This document shows positions 40,489 to 49,425 of a DNA stretch of 64,000 bases, in pieces. The notes below the pieces were generated by a model. The model was not told where the DNA came from. It saw only the letters and a program-made list of their open reading frames with translations, and did no database searches. The stretch lies in assembly GCA_900314725.1 (NCBI GenBank), contig OMWJ01000010.1:63156-127155 (forward strand), read 5' to 3'. The translations under genes were made by a program, and so were the position numbers. Position 1 is the stretch's first letter. The number at the start of each line of letters is the position of its first letter. This DNA is from an uncultured Bacteroidales bacterium. Lineage in GTDB: Bacteria > Bacteroidota > Bacteroidia > Bacteroidales > P3.

Positions 40489-41478
40489 ATGAAAGAGCAA
40501 GGATTATATCCTTTGAAATTTATGCCTTTGTTCAAGGATAAAATTTGGGGAGGAAACAAGATAAGAGATATAGTCGGAATAGATTATTCTCCATTAAACA
40601 GATGCGGAGAACTATGGGTATTGTCTGCTTTAGAAGGAAATGAAACCGTGGTTGAAAATGGTTTCTTAGCAGAATGTACTCTACCTGAAGTAATAGAAAT
40701 GTATAATGATGAACTATTGGGAGAAGAGAATTTTGACAGATTTTCCACTGAATTTCCTTTGCTTATCAAATTGATAGATGCTAATGACAATTTGTCTATT
40801 CAAGTTCATCCCGATGACGACTATGCTTACAAGCACGGAATGGAAAATGGCAAAACAGAGATGTGGTATGTTTTACAAGCTGATGAAGGTTCTGAAATAT
40901 ATGTAGGCTTCAATGAAAAAGAGACAAAAGCCGACATAATCAACAGGTTAAGAAACAAAACTTTCAAAGAAGTTATGCACAAAGACATAGCGCAACAAGG
41001 AGATTTATTTTTTATACCTGCAGGTACAATGCACGCTATTGGCAAAGGTATTCTTTTAGCGGAAATACAACAAAGCAGCGATGCAACATTCCGTCTTTAT
41101 GACTGGGACAGAAAAGATGAAAAAGGGAATCCGAGACAACTTCATTTGGAACAAGGTTTAGAAGTTTTAGATCTTTCAAAACAAGAGGGAACTGCTAAAG
41201 TTCATTATCATTATCATCTAAATGAAACAAACAACTTAGTTGAATGCCCTTACTTTGTTACTAACATAATGCCTCTAACACAAGGACTAAAAAAAGATTA
41301 TTCTAATTCAGATACGTTTTATCTTTATTTTTGTGTTGCTGGCAAAGGTTTTGTAAGTTCAATGGGACATCGTATTCCTCTTAGTGCAGGAGAGATTTTA
41401 ATGATACCTGCAATAGCTAAAGATGCTATTATTGAACCAAGTCCTATGATGGAAATTTTGGAAATAACGATATTATAA
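40489..41478 (+). CDS. manA: Class I mannose-6-phosphate isomerase (cupin)
   Basis: LSIQVHPDDDYA, GKTEMWYVL and IPAGTMHAIG zinc-ligand motifs. The start is set at MKEQGLYPLKF (40489). Confidence 0.8.
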   Translation: MKEQGLYPLKFMPLFKDKIWGGNKIRDIVGIDYSPLNRCGELWVLSALEGNETVVENGFLAECTLPEVIEMYNDELLGEENFDRFSTEFPLLIKLIDANDNLSIQVHPDDDYAYKHGMENGKTEMWYVLQADEGSEIYVGFNEKETKADIINRLRNKTFKEVMHKDIAQQGDLFFIPAGTMHAIGKGILLAEIQQSSDATFRLYDWDRKDEKGNPRQLHLEQGLEVLDLSKQEGTAKVHYHYHLNETNNLVECPYFVTNIMPLTQGLKKDYSNSDTFYLYFCVAGKGFVSSMGHRIPLSAGEILMIPAIAKDAIIEPSPMMEILEITIL

Positions 41479-41504
41479 ACTTCTATAACTACAATATTCT
41501 GTAT

Positions 41505-44144
41505 ATGGCAAATTCAGAGAAGATAACGCCTTTAATGAAACAATACAACGAGGTAAAGGCACAATACCCCGATACAATACTACTGTTTAGAGTCGGAGAT
41601 TTTTATGAAACTTTTGGAGAGGATGCCGTTGAGACTTCTAAGATTCTCAATATTGTACTAACAAAACGAAGTGCTAACGGACAAGATAGATTAGCAGGTT
41701 TTCCTTATCATGCTTTGGACAATTATCTTCCGCGTTTTATTCAAGCAGGTAAGCGAGTAGCTATATGCGAACAAATGGAAGATCCTAAACTTGCAAAAGG
41801 TATTGTAAAACGTAGCGTAGAAGAAATTGTAACTCCAGGCATTTCCTATGACTCTGCTATAGAACAACGTTCGCAAAATACTTTTCTTTGTGCCTTACAT
41901 AAAAAGAAAAATGAATATGGTGTTGCTTTCATTGATATAAATACAGGCGATTTCTTTGTTTCTGAAGGTAATGAATTAAACATAGACAAGTTGATTCAAA
42001 ATTTCATGCCTAAGGAAATAGTTATTCAGAGACATTATGAAAGAGAATTAGAAAATATATTACCAAACAATATCCTTACTAAAACATACGATGACTGGGT
42101 TTTCTCTTTAGATTTTGCCAAGGATACTTTGGAAGATGTTTTCGGAGTAAATTCGGCTAAAGGCTTTGGAATAGAAGACATGCCTCTTGCAACCATTGCT
42201 GCTGGTTCTGCTCTTTATTATATCAGAGAAACAAACCACAAGGAACTATCTCACATCTGTAACATATCTCGCATAGATAACAACGACTTTGTTTGGATGG
42301 ATAAATTCACCATTCGCAATCTTGAACTTGTTTCTTCTCATAATTCTAATGAAAGCACCTTATACCATATTTTAAATCGCACTCAGAGTAATATGGGGGC
42401 AAGACTTCTGCAACGATGGATTGTTTTGCCACTAAAGAAAAAAGAAGACATAGAACAAAGACAAAAAATAGTTACCTCTCTTATATATAATGATGAGTTA
42501 AGAGAAGTAATGAAAGAATCCTTGCAACAAATAGGAGATATGGAGCGAATAATATCAAGACTTTCTTTCCATAGAATTACTCCTAATGAATTATATCATT
42601 TTACAGATATTCTTTTTGCTATAGAAAAGTTGAAAGATTTTATCGCTTCTTTAGATAAAGACAAAGAGTTGTATCCAATTTTGGACGATTGCAAAGAAAT
42701 GAGAGAATTTGTTCTTAAAGCAATAAGTCCAGATGCTCCAAATAATATTAATAAAGGGAATGCTATAAAACAAGGATTCAATGCAGAGTTAGATAATTAC
42801 AGAGATATAACAACTAATTCTCAAAGTATCTTAGACGAAATATGTACAACAGAATCTGCAAAGACTAATATACCTTCCTTAAAGATTGGTTTTAATAATG
42901 TTTTTGGATATTACTTAGAAGTAACCAATACTCATAAAGATAAAGTACCTGAGAATTGGACAAGAAAACAAACTCTTGCAAATGCAGAACGATATATTAC
43001 TCCAGAACTTAAAGAGATAGAATCTGCCATGCTTTCAGCTCAAGAAAACATTTCTGCTTTAGAAAACAGATTATATCACGAAGTCATAGAAGAGTGTAAA
43101 ACATATATAGAACGATTGCATTCTTCTGCAGTGGAATTGTCTGTTTTGGATTGCTTACTTTCGTTTGCTATTGTAGCAATGGACAATGGTTATACTCGTC
43201 CAGAGATTATGGAAAGCGATATTTTACATATTGCACAAGGAAGACACCCTGTTATTGAAAAAATGTTACCTAAAGGAGAGGAATATATTGCTAATGATGT
43301 TTATTTGGATACTACTACTCAACAAATAGTAATCATTACTGGACCAAACATGAGTGGTAAAAGTGCGTATCTTCGTCAAACTGCTCTTATTGTCATTATG
43401 GCTCAAATAGGAAGTTATGTTCCTGCAAGACGTTCTCAAATAGGATTAGTAGATAAAATATTTACACGCGTAGGTGCTTCTGATAATATCGCTTCTGGTG
43501 AAAGTACTTTCATGGTAGAAATGAACGAAACGGCGTCTATTCTTAACAACCTTTCACCACATTCTCTCATTCTTTTAGACGAGATAGGTAGAGGTACTTC
43601 AACATACGATGGAGTTTCTATTGCTTGGGGGATTGCTTCATATCTACATAACTATAAGCACAGAGCAAAAGTTCTTTTTGCAACACATTATCACGAACTC
43701 ATTGCAATGGAACAAAACTTTGAAAGAATAAAGAACTATCATATAACAGTAAAAGAATTAGGTTCTAAAATAATATTCATAAGAAAGATTGCCAAAGGAG
43801 GTTCTTCTCAAAGTTTCGGTATTCACGTTGCTCGCCTTGCAGGAGTTCCAAAAGAGGTTCTTTCTATTGCCAATGATATGCTAACATCCTTGGAAGAATC
43901 TCGTTCAGACTCTCTACAACTTGGAATAGATGAGGGTGAAAACTCAAACAAAAACCGTAAAAAAGAGCAAAATGAAAGAAAAAAACAAGCAATAGAAAGT
44001 TTTCAAACAAGCTTTATTCAATTAAATGACCCTATACTTGAAGAAATAAAAGATGATATTTTAAATACTGATATAGAAAATCTTACACCTATTCAAGCTC
44101 TTAATAAGCTCAATGACATCAAAAAAATAATTCAAAAAGTTTAA
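41505..44144 (+). CDS. mutS: DNA mismatch repair protein MutS
   Basis: 879 aa with TPLMKQYNEVKAQYPDTILLFRVGDFYE, Walker A GPNMSGKS and LLDEIGRGTSTYDG. Confidence 0.95.
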   Translation: MANSEKITPLMKQYNEVKAQYPDTILLFRVGDFYETFGEDAVETSKILNIVLTKRSANGQDRLAGFPYHALDNYLPRFIQAGKRVAICEQMEDPKLAKGIVKRSVEEIVTPGISYDSAIEQRSQNTFLCALHKKKNEYGVAFIDINTGDFFVSEGNELNIDKLIQNFMPKEIVIQRHYERELENILPNNILTKTYDDWVFSLDFAKDTLEDVFGVNSAKGFGIEDMPLATIAAGSALYYIRETNHKELSHICNISRIDNNDFVWMDKFTIRNLELVSSHNSNESTLYHILNRTQSNMGARLLQRWIVLPLKKKEDIEQRQKIVTSLIYNDELREVMKESLQQIGDMERIISRLSFHRITPNELYHFTDILFAIEKLKDFIASLDKDKELYPILDDCKEMREFVLKAISPDAPNNINKGNAIKQGFNAELDNYRDITTNSQSILDEICTTESAKTNIPSLKIGFNNVFGYYLEVTNTHKDKVPENWTRKQTLANAERYITPELKEIESAMLSAQENISALENRLYHEVIEECKTYIERLHSSAVELSVLDCLLSFAIVAMDNGYTRPEIMESDILHIAQGRHPVIEKMLPKGEEYIANDVYLDTTTQQIVIITGPNMSGKSAYLRQTALIVIMAQIGSYVPARRSQIGLVDKIFTRVGASDNIASGESTFMVEMNETASILNNLSPHSLILLDEIGRGTSTYDGVSIAWGIASYLHNYKHRAKVLFATHYHELIAMEQNFERIKNYHITVKELGSKIIFIRKIAKGGSSQSFGIHVARLAGVPKEVLSIANDMLTSLEESRSDSLQLGIDEGENSNKNRKKEQNERKKQAIESFQTSFIQLNDPILEEIKDDILNTDIENLTPIQALNKLNDIKKIIQKV

Positions 44145-44174
44145 AAAAAATTTGGTTAGTATTTTTTTTCATAC

Positions 44175-44182
44175 TATTTTTG
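44175..44182 (+). promoter_or_regulatory. -7 box upstream of the tRNA-Gly/Gly/Leu cluster
   Basis: TATTTTTG lies 93 nt before the first tRNA. Confidence 0.4.
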
Positions 44183-44275
44183 CAACGTCAAATTCAGAAG
44201 GGGCTGAATTGTTTGAGAGAGGCTTAAAAGAGAGATTTGTGGTGCGGAAGTTTCTTTTGAAGATGATATTAAATT

Positions 44276-44348
44276 GCGGGCATAGCTCAGTTGGTAGAGC
44301 GCAACCTTGCCAAGGTTGAGGTCGCGAGTCCGAGTCTCGTTGCCCGCT
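44276..44348 (+). tRNA. tRNA-Gly (anticodon GCC)
   Basis: Hand-folded cloverleaf. Acceptor stem is GCGGGCA/TGCCCGC. Anticodon stem is CAACC/GGTTG with loop TTGCCAA. The T arm is GCGAG-TCCGAGT-CTCGT. Confidence 0.9.
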
Positions 44349-44403
44349 CTTTTTTTTATACTTAAGAGTTCTTAAATATATAGAGTAAGAGAAAACGAAA
44401 CAA

Positions 44404-44475
44404 GCGGAAGTAACTCAGTGGTAGAGTGCAACCTTCCCAAGGTTGAGGTCGCGAGTTCGAGTCTCGTTTTCCGCT
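44404..44475 (+). tRNA. tRNA-Gly (anticodon CCC)
   Basis: Hand-folded cloverleaf. Acceptor stem is GCGGAAG/TTTCCGC. Anticodon stem is CAACC/GGTTG with loop TTCCCAA. The T loop is TTCGAGT, and the body is nearly identical to the preceding tRNA-Gly. Confidence 0.9.
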
Positions 44476-44488
44476 CTCAAAACACGAT

Positions 44489-44572
44489 GCCATGGTGGTG
44501 GAATGGTAGACACGAGGGACTTAAAATCCCTTGAACAATGCGTTCGTGTGGGTTCAAGTCCCACCCGTGGTA
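44489..44572 (+). tRNA. tRNA-Leu (anticodon TAA), class II with long variable arm
   Basis: Acceptor stem is GCCATGG/CCGTGGT and the D arm is GTG-GAATGGTAGA-CAC. Anticodon stem is AGGGA/TCCCT with loop CTTAAAA. The variable stem is GAAC/GTTC and the T arm is GTGGG-TTCAAGT-CCCAC. Confidence 0.88.
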
Positions 44573-44608
44573 CTCTTTTAAAAGTTTTTACTATAATCAT
44601 ATTGTTTG

Positions 44609-44640
44609 CTAATGTTTTTATAAAAACATTAGTTTTTTTT
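44609..44640 (+). terminator. Terminator after the tRNA cluster
   Basis: Stem CTAATGTTTT / AAAACATTAG with loop tata, then TTTTTTTT. Confidence 0.75.
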
Positions 44641-44669
44641 ATTATATAATGAATTCCAAAAAATACAAC

Positions 44670-44708
44670 AAGATAAAGAAATAGCCTTCCTTGAAAAAGA
44701 AAGGCTAT
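44670..44708 (-). terminator. Terminator after trmB
   Basis: Stem ATAGCCTT / AAGGCTAT. The sequence downstream on the minus strand is T-rich. Confidence 0.5.
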
Positions 44709-44716
44709 CGTATTTT

Positions 44717-45376
44717 TTATAACTGAAACTTTATGTATTTTATTTTTTTACCTTCTTTTAGATACATCTTTTCATAAAAAGTCTGTATCTCTTTGACATC
44801 ATCTTCAAAGTCCGTCCCATACAAATCATTGCTTTCAAAAATAATGTGATGATTCTCTTGCTTAAGCATTTCAGAAGTATATTCATAGAGTTCTGTGCTA
44901 TCTGTCTTAAGATGAAGGATACCACCGGGCTTTATCACCTTTGCATATCTTTCCAAAAAACGTGGGCAAGTAAGTCTTCTATTTTCATTTTTCAGTTGAG
45001 GATCACAGAAAGTAATCCATATCTCATCAACTTCATCTTTATCAAAAAGCTTTTCTAACATCTGAATCTGACAACGCAAGAAAGCCACATTTCTCATTTT
45101 ATTTTCAAAAGCTGTCTTGCATCCTCTCCAAAGTCTTGCTCCTTTAATATCTATTCCTATAAAGTTTCTTTCTGCATACCTCTCGCCTAAACCAACAGTA
45201 TATTCTCCTTTCCCACAACCAAGTTCCAAAACGATAGGATTATCATTCTTAAAATACTCTTCTCTCCACTTGCCTTTAAGAAAGAAGTCATTATTCTTTA
45301 GTTGTTCAAAACCGACCTGAAAAAGATTATCAAACGTAAGGTTCTCGGCAAATCTTTCTAATTTATTTTTACCCAT
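44717..45376 (-). CDS. trmB: tRNA (guanine46-N7)-methyltransferase
   Basis: SAM-binding motif VLELGCGKGEYTVGLG plus FCDPQLK... The start is set at MGKNKLERFAEN (45376). Confidence 0.9.
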   Translation of the reverse strand: MGKNKLERFAENLTFDNLFQVGFEQLKNNDFFLKGKWREEYFKNDNPIVLELGCGKGEYTVGLGERYAERNFIGIDIKGARLWRGCKTAFENKMRNVAFLRCQIQMLEKLFDKDEVDEIWITFCDPQLKNENRRLTCPRFLERYAKVIKPGGILHLKTDSTELYEYTSEMLKQENHHIIFESNDLYGTDFEDDVKEIQTFYEKMYLKEGKKIKYIKFQL

Positions 45377-45389
45377 AACTCTTATTATA

Positions 45390-46088
45390 TTAATACAAGC
45401 CTTTGACTGTTGATTTTTTAGCAATAAAATCTTTTAGATAATAAGGTTCAAAGTATGCTTTATCTTCAAACTCCCCTACCCTATATTTCTGTGAAGCTAT
45501 TATTCCCATATACCTTGCATTCAAAACCAAACTCTCATCAAAAACATAAATATCATCATTCAACACTTGTTTGCATTTTTCAGCACCATCTCCTGCTACT
45601 ATTATTTTTTTATCTTTATGGTACATATTATATATATCACTTTCCACTATATCTGCTGAGATAGTCTTTAAAGTATTAAGATTTTCATCATAAATAGCAG
45701 AATAAACCTCCATTCTTCTTGCATCTATCATCGGAAGATAGCAACTATTAGGATACTTCTGCTTTGACACAAAAGCAATCAAAAATAATGTATCTACAGA
45801 AATCAAAGGAATATTCAGTCCGTATGCTAAACCTTTAGCAGAAGAAACTCCTATTCTAAGTCCCGTGTAAGATCCCGGGCCTTTGCTAACAGCAACAGCA
45901 TTTAAATCCTTTCTAATATCTTTACCATAGTCTGAAAAGATTTCTTCTATAAGTAAAGACAACATCTGAGAGTGAGAATTTGGTTTTGCACTCTCCTTAT
46001 AGAGCAACAACTCATCTCCCTTAGAGAGAGATACAGAACAAAGACCCGTTGCTGTTTCAATATTGAGAATAAGTGGTTCTTGTATCAT
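45390..46088 (-). CDS. tsaB: tRNA threonylcarbamoyladenosine biosynthesis protein TsaB
   Basis: ILNIETATGLCSVSL and VSKGPGSYTGLRIG; 232 aa. Confidence 0.85.
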   Translation of the reverse strand: MIQEPLILNIETATGLCSVSLSKGDELLLYKESAKPNSHSQMLSLLIEEIFSDYGKDIRKDLNAVAVSKGPGSYTGLRIGVSSAKGLAYGLNIPLISVDTLFLIAFVSKQKYPNSCYLPMIDARRMEVYSAIYDENLNTLKTISADIVESDIYNMYHKDKKIIVAGDGAEKCKQVLNDDIYVFDESLVLNARYMGIIASQKYRVGEFEDKAYFEPYYLKDFIAKKSTVKGLY

Positions 46089-46090
46089 AT

Positions 46091-46140
46091 TAAAAAAATG
46101 ACTATGCTATGCTATTATATATAATATATAGCATAGTCAT
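46091..46140 (-). terminator. Terminator after the DUF3127-like gene
   Basis: 13-bp perfect stem ATGACTATGCTAT / ATAGCATAGTCAT, followed on the minus strand by TTTTTTT. Confidence 0.75.
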
Positions 46141-46159
46141 CATTTATTTACTTATTTAA

Positions 46160-46639
46160 TTAGAATGGCAAATCATTTTCAGGGTCATCTTCCATCATAG
46201 TCTCTTGTTCTATATTGCCTCCCGTTCCAACTTGTTGTGCTGAAACCGGTGTCGGATTAGAAGCCATATTATTTGGCTGTTGATATGGAGTACTTTGCAT
46301 TGTAGGCTGTTGCGCTGATTGTCCATTTTGAGCAGAAACAGGATTGTTTCCTCCATTAAGATTAGAAACAAAAGCTCCTATATTTCTACATCTGCAGTCA
46401 GTATACCATCTGCCATTATATTCTCTGGATTCTATTTCAAATGTTACCTGAATAGTATCTCCCATTCTTATAGATTTAAGAGTTGCAAGCATATCTTCTC
46501 CCCATGTAGAGAAAGCTATACTTCTTGGAAAAGAAGAGTCTATCAAATCAATCACAAAACCTCCTCTTACCCAAGGTCCTCTTGCTGATTCTCCCCTTGA
46601 TTCTGGAAGAACCATTCTTAGTTTTCCTATTACTTCCAT
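46160..46639 (-). CDS. DUF3127-like protein (putative OB-fold-like N-terminal domain) with low-complexity linker and acidic C-terminal tip
   Basis: The N-terminal ~95 aa (MEVIGKLRMVLPESRGES...TFEIESREYNGRWYTDCRC) resemble DUF3127. The C-terminal ~60 aa are Q/N/P/G-rich and end in EDDPENDLPF. Confidence 0.65.
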   Translation of the reverse strand: MEVIGKLRMVLPESRGESARGPWVRGGFVIDLIDSSFPRSIAFSTWGEDMLATLKSIRMGDTIQVTFEIESREYNGRWYTDCRCRNIGAFVSNLNGGNNPVSAQNGQSAQQPTMQSTPYQQPNNMASNPTPVSAQQVGTGGNIEQETMMEDDPENDLPF

Positions 46640-46672
46640 GTTATATTATTGTTTTATTATTATACGTTCAAA

Positions 46673-48817
46673 TTATTTTCTATTGTTCATTTGTTCGACA
46701 AAGGCTTTTTCTTTGTCTGTCATACGTTTTGCAGCAGGACTGTTAGGTTTAAGCCATTTGTCTAACCAATCAAAGAAGTTTCTTTGCCAAAGAATACCAT
46801 TTTGTGGTCTAAGAACCCAATGTGTTTCATCAGGGAAATAAAGATAACGTGCAGGAATATCCAGATTAAGTGCAGCATTATAAGCAGCCATACCTTGAGA
46901 AGCAACAATTCTAAAATCAAATTCAGAATGTATAACCAACAAAGGAGTATTCCATTTTGTTACAAAGCGGTGAGGAGAATTTGCGTATGACTTCTGAACC
47001 TTAGGATCTTTACTCCAATAAGGGCCTCCCAAATCCCAATTCACAAACCACATTTCTTCTGTTTCCAAATACTGTTGATCCAAGTTGAACATACCATTAT
47101 GTGCAATGAAAGCCTTGAATCTGTTCTCGTGATGTCCAGCAAGCCAATAAACAGAGAAACCTCCGAAGCTTGCACCTACAGCACCTCTGTGATCTTTATC
47201 AACATAACTTTCTTTACTTATTTCATCTATTGCTGTCAGATAGTCTCTCATACATTGACCACCATAGTCCCCGCTAATTTGTTCATTCCATTCTTGTCCA
47301 AATCCTGGCAATCCTCTACGATTAGGAGCTACTATGATATAGCCATTAGCAGCCATGATAGAGAAATTCCAACGATAAGACCAGAATTGAGAAACAGTGC
47401 TTTGAGGTCCTCCCTCGCAATAAAGCAAGGTAGGATATTTCTTGGTTGAATCAAAATCAGGAGGGTAGATAACCCAAGTATGTAAATCTTTTCCGTCAGT
47501 TGCCTTAAGCACTCTTTCTTCTACTTTTCCCCATTTAATTTTATCCATCAGCTCATCATTGGTTGTGGAGATTTTTTCTTCCTTACCATTCTTAACAGAC
47601 CATATCTCTATAGGATGAAGCATAGACATCTGAGTAGCTATTAAACGGTCTTTGGCAATCATTACTGATGTGTAGTCAGCATTTGCATTGGTTATCTGCT
47701 TGATTCCCTTGCTTGCAATATCCATTTTATATATATTGTCTCTTCCATGCCAATCAGAAGTAAAGTACATAGATTTGTTATCAGCAGTAAATTTGATTCC
47801 GCCAACATTTTGATCAAATTTCTCTGTCATATAAGTAACTCTTCCTGTTGCAAGATCACATAGCATAAGACGTATCTTGTCTGCTTCATATCCATCTCTT
47901 TCCATACTTTCCCACGCAATCATCTTACCATCTGCAGAGAATACAGGATTCTGATCATAACCCATCATATTCTCAGAAAGGTTCTTAACTTGCTTTGTTG
48001 CTATATCATATAGATAAATATCAGAATTGGTAGAATAAGCATAATCTTTACCTGTCTTTTTTCTACATGTATAAGCAATTTTTTTACTATCTGGAGAGAA
48101 TGCAAGTTGTTCCATACCTCCCCAAGGACGCATTGGACTTTCATATTCTGTTCCTTCCAAAAGATTAACACCTTCTTTTATGCTCTTTCCATCAAAATCT
48201 GCAACAAAAGGCTGAGGAACATTATCTACCCAATTATCCCAATGACGATACATTAAATCATCATTAACTCTTCCTGTTGTTTTATCTAAACCCTCCTTTA
48301 AGTAAGCATATTTATCTTTTTTTGCTATACCTCTTACATAAAGTATTTTCTTTCCGTCAGGAGAATAAGCAAAACCTTCCAAATCGCCTTCCTTGAAGTC
48401 CGAAATCTTTGTTCTGTTTGAACCATCAAGATTCATTTCCCAAATATTTACATTGTCATCTTCTGCATAGATAAAACCTATCTTATCTCCCTTAGGATTA
48501 AAGATAACATTAAACTCTGAGTTTTTTGTTTCTGTAAGACGCTGAACATTTTTTCCGTCCTTATCCATTATATATACATCTGCATTACCTCTGTTCTGCT
48601 CAACAGAATAGTAAGTAACAGTATAAAGTACTTTCTCTCCATCTGGAGAAACAGAAACATCGCCTATTCTACCAAAAGCCCACAACACTTCTGGAGAAAG
48701 CATACCATTCTTTACTTCTACTTGAGGTTTATCAATAATGTCTTTGTCTTTTGTCTTTTGCTGGCAAGATGCAAACACCATAGCTATCAAGCCTACAGCC
48801 AATAATACTCTTTTCAT
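46673..48817 (-). CDS. S9 family serine peptidase (prolyl oligopeptidase/DPP-like) with N-terminal TolB-like beta-propeller
   Basis: 714 aa with lipoprotein signal VFASC. The N-terminal half is propeller-like. The C-terminal alpha/beta hydrolase domain carries the nucleophile elbow GASFGG. Confidence 0.85.
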   Translation of the reverse strand: MKRVLLAVGLIAMVFASCQQKTKDKDIIDKPQVEVKNGMLSPEVLWAFGRIGDVSVSPDGEKVLYTVTYYSVEQNRGNADVYIMDKDGKNVQRLTETKNSEFNVIFNPKGDKIGFIYAEDDNVNIWEMNLDGSNRTKISDFKEGDLEGFAYSPDGKKILYVRGIAKKDKYAYLKEGLDKTTGRVNDDLMYRHWDNWVDNVPQPFVADFDGKSIKEGVNLLEGTEYESPMRPWGGMEQLAFSPDSKKIAYTCRKKTGKDYAYSTNSDIYLYDIATKQVKNLSENMMGYDQNPVFSADGKMIAWESMERDGYEADKIRLMLCDLATGRVTYMTEKFDQNVGGIKFTADNKSMYFTSDWHGRDNIYKMDIASKGIKQITNANADYTSVMIAKDRLIATQMSMLHPIEIWSVKNGKEEKISTTNDELMDKIKWGKVEERVLKATDGKDLHTWVIYPPDFDSTKKYPTLLYCEGGPQSTVSQFWSYRWNFSIMAANGYIIVAPNRRGLPGFGQEWNEQISGDYGGQCMRDYLTAIDEISKESYVDKDHRGAVGASFGGFSVYWLAGHHENRFKAFIAHNGMFNLDQQYLETEEMWFVNWDLGGPYWSKDPKVQKSYANSPHRFVTKWNTPLLVIHSEFDFRIVASQGMAAYNAALNLDIPARYLYFPDETHWVLRPQNGILWQRNFFDWLDKWLKPNSPAAKRMTDKEKAFVEQMNNRK

Positions 48818-48848
48818 ATCTTAGTCTTTTTTATTATTTTCCTATCTG

Positions 48849-48856
48849 CAAAAATA
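48849..48856 (-). promoter_or_regulatory. -7 box upstream of the S9 peptidase gene
   Basis: The minus strand reads TATTTTTG. The ATG is at 48817. Confidence 0.45.
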
Positions 48857-48946
48857 TACATTTTATCTCAAATGATAAAATATTTATTATCATTTTATAG
48901 TGATCTTTAAAAACACGCTCCCTATTGCTTACAAAAATATAGGCAC

Positions 48947-48980
48947 AAAAAAAAGCAGTCAATTTAATGGGACTGCTTTC
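48947..48980 (-). terminator. Terminator after the 55-aa lipoprotein gene
   Basis: The minus strand reads GCAGTC-ccattaaatt-GACTGC followed by TTTTTTTT. Confidence 0.65.
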
Positions 48981-49004
48981 TAATTAATTGCTAATCTAAC
49001 TGAA

Positions 49005-49172
49005 TTATTTTGCTACGTCAGTTGGAGTTGCAGTTGGAGTTGTTGTTGGAGTAGCAGTTACTTCTTCAGTTGGAGTGTTTTCTGTAGGAGTTGTTGTTGC
49101 TGACTCTGTTCCTTTGCTTCCACATGCTGCGAAAAATCCAGCGATAGCTAATACTAACAATACTTTTTTCAT
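49005..49172 (-). CDS. Small Thr/Pro-rich lipoprotein (55 aa), below the ORF-track length cut-off
   Basis: Hand translation gives MKKVLLVLAIAGFFAACGSKGTESATTTPTENTPTEEVTATPTTTPTATPTDVAK*. The signal peptide has lipobox FAAC. A -7 box lies 48 nt upstream and a hairpin plus T-run about 25 nt downstream. Confidence 0.55.
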   Translation of the reverse strand: MKKVLLVLAIAGFFAACGSKGTESATTTPTENTPTEEVTATPTTTPTATPTDVAK

Positions 49173-49219
49173 TTTTTTCTTGTTTTTAAAGGTTTATAAA
49201 TTCTTTTGTTTTAACATTG

Positions 49220-49227
49220 CAAAGATA
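49220..49227 (-). promoter_or_regulatory. -7 box upstream of the 55-aa lipoprotein gene
   Basis: The minus strand reads TATCTTTG. The ATG is at 49172. Confidence 0.45.
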
Positions 49228-49397
49228 AAGCAAGTTTTCTTTTTGTCAATCTTTTTTTGAAAAAAAAACAACATAAATTTATAAATTATTGATAATCAGA
49301 TTTAAAAAATACAAAAAATATTGCATAATTTTGTTTCTTCTGCATAAAAAATAGCATACATTGAATTATTTTTTTGTTTAAAGTGCCTAAAAATATG

Positions 49398-49405
49398 TAT
49401 TTTTG
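49398..49405 (+). promoter_or_regulatory. -7 box upstream of queE
   Basis: TATTTTTG lies 20 nt before the ATG at 49426. Confidence 0.45.
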
Positions 49406-49425
49406 CAAAACAAATGCTAAAAAAA

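Noticed and set aside
44415-44649. ORFs 44415-44600 (-) and 44443-44649 (+).
   Set aside because: They overlap the tRNA-Gly(CCC) and tRNA-Leu genes and are just translations of tRNA sequence.
49075-49260. A + strand 61-aa ORF overlapping the small lipoprotein gene.
   Set aside because: It is the antisense frame of the T/P-rich gene. It lacks start context, whereas the minus-strand ORF has a signal peptide, a -7 box and a terminator.
49286-49413. A possible preQ1 riboswitch upstream of queE.
   Set aside because: The leader between the -7 box and the start codon is only about 20 nt. I see no preQ1-type stem-loop with the conserved A-rich tail in the preceding 120 nt.
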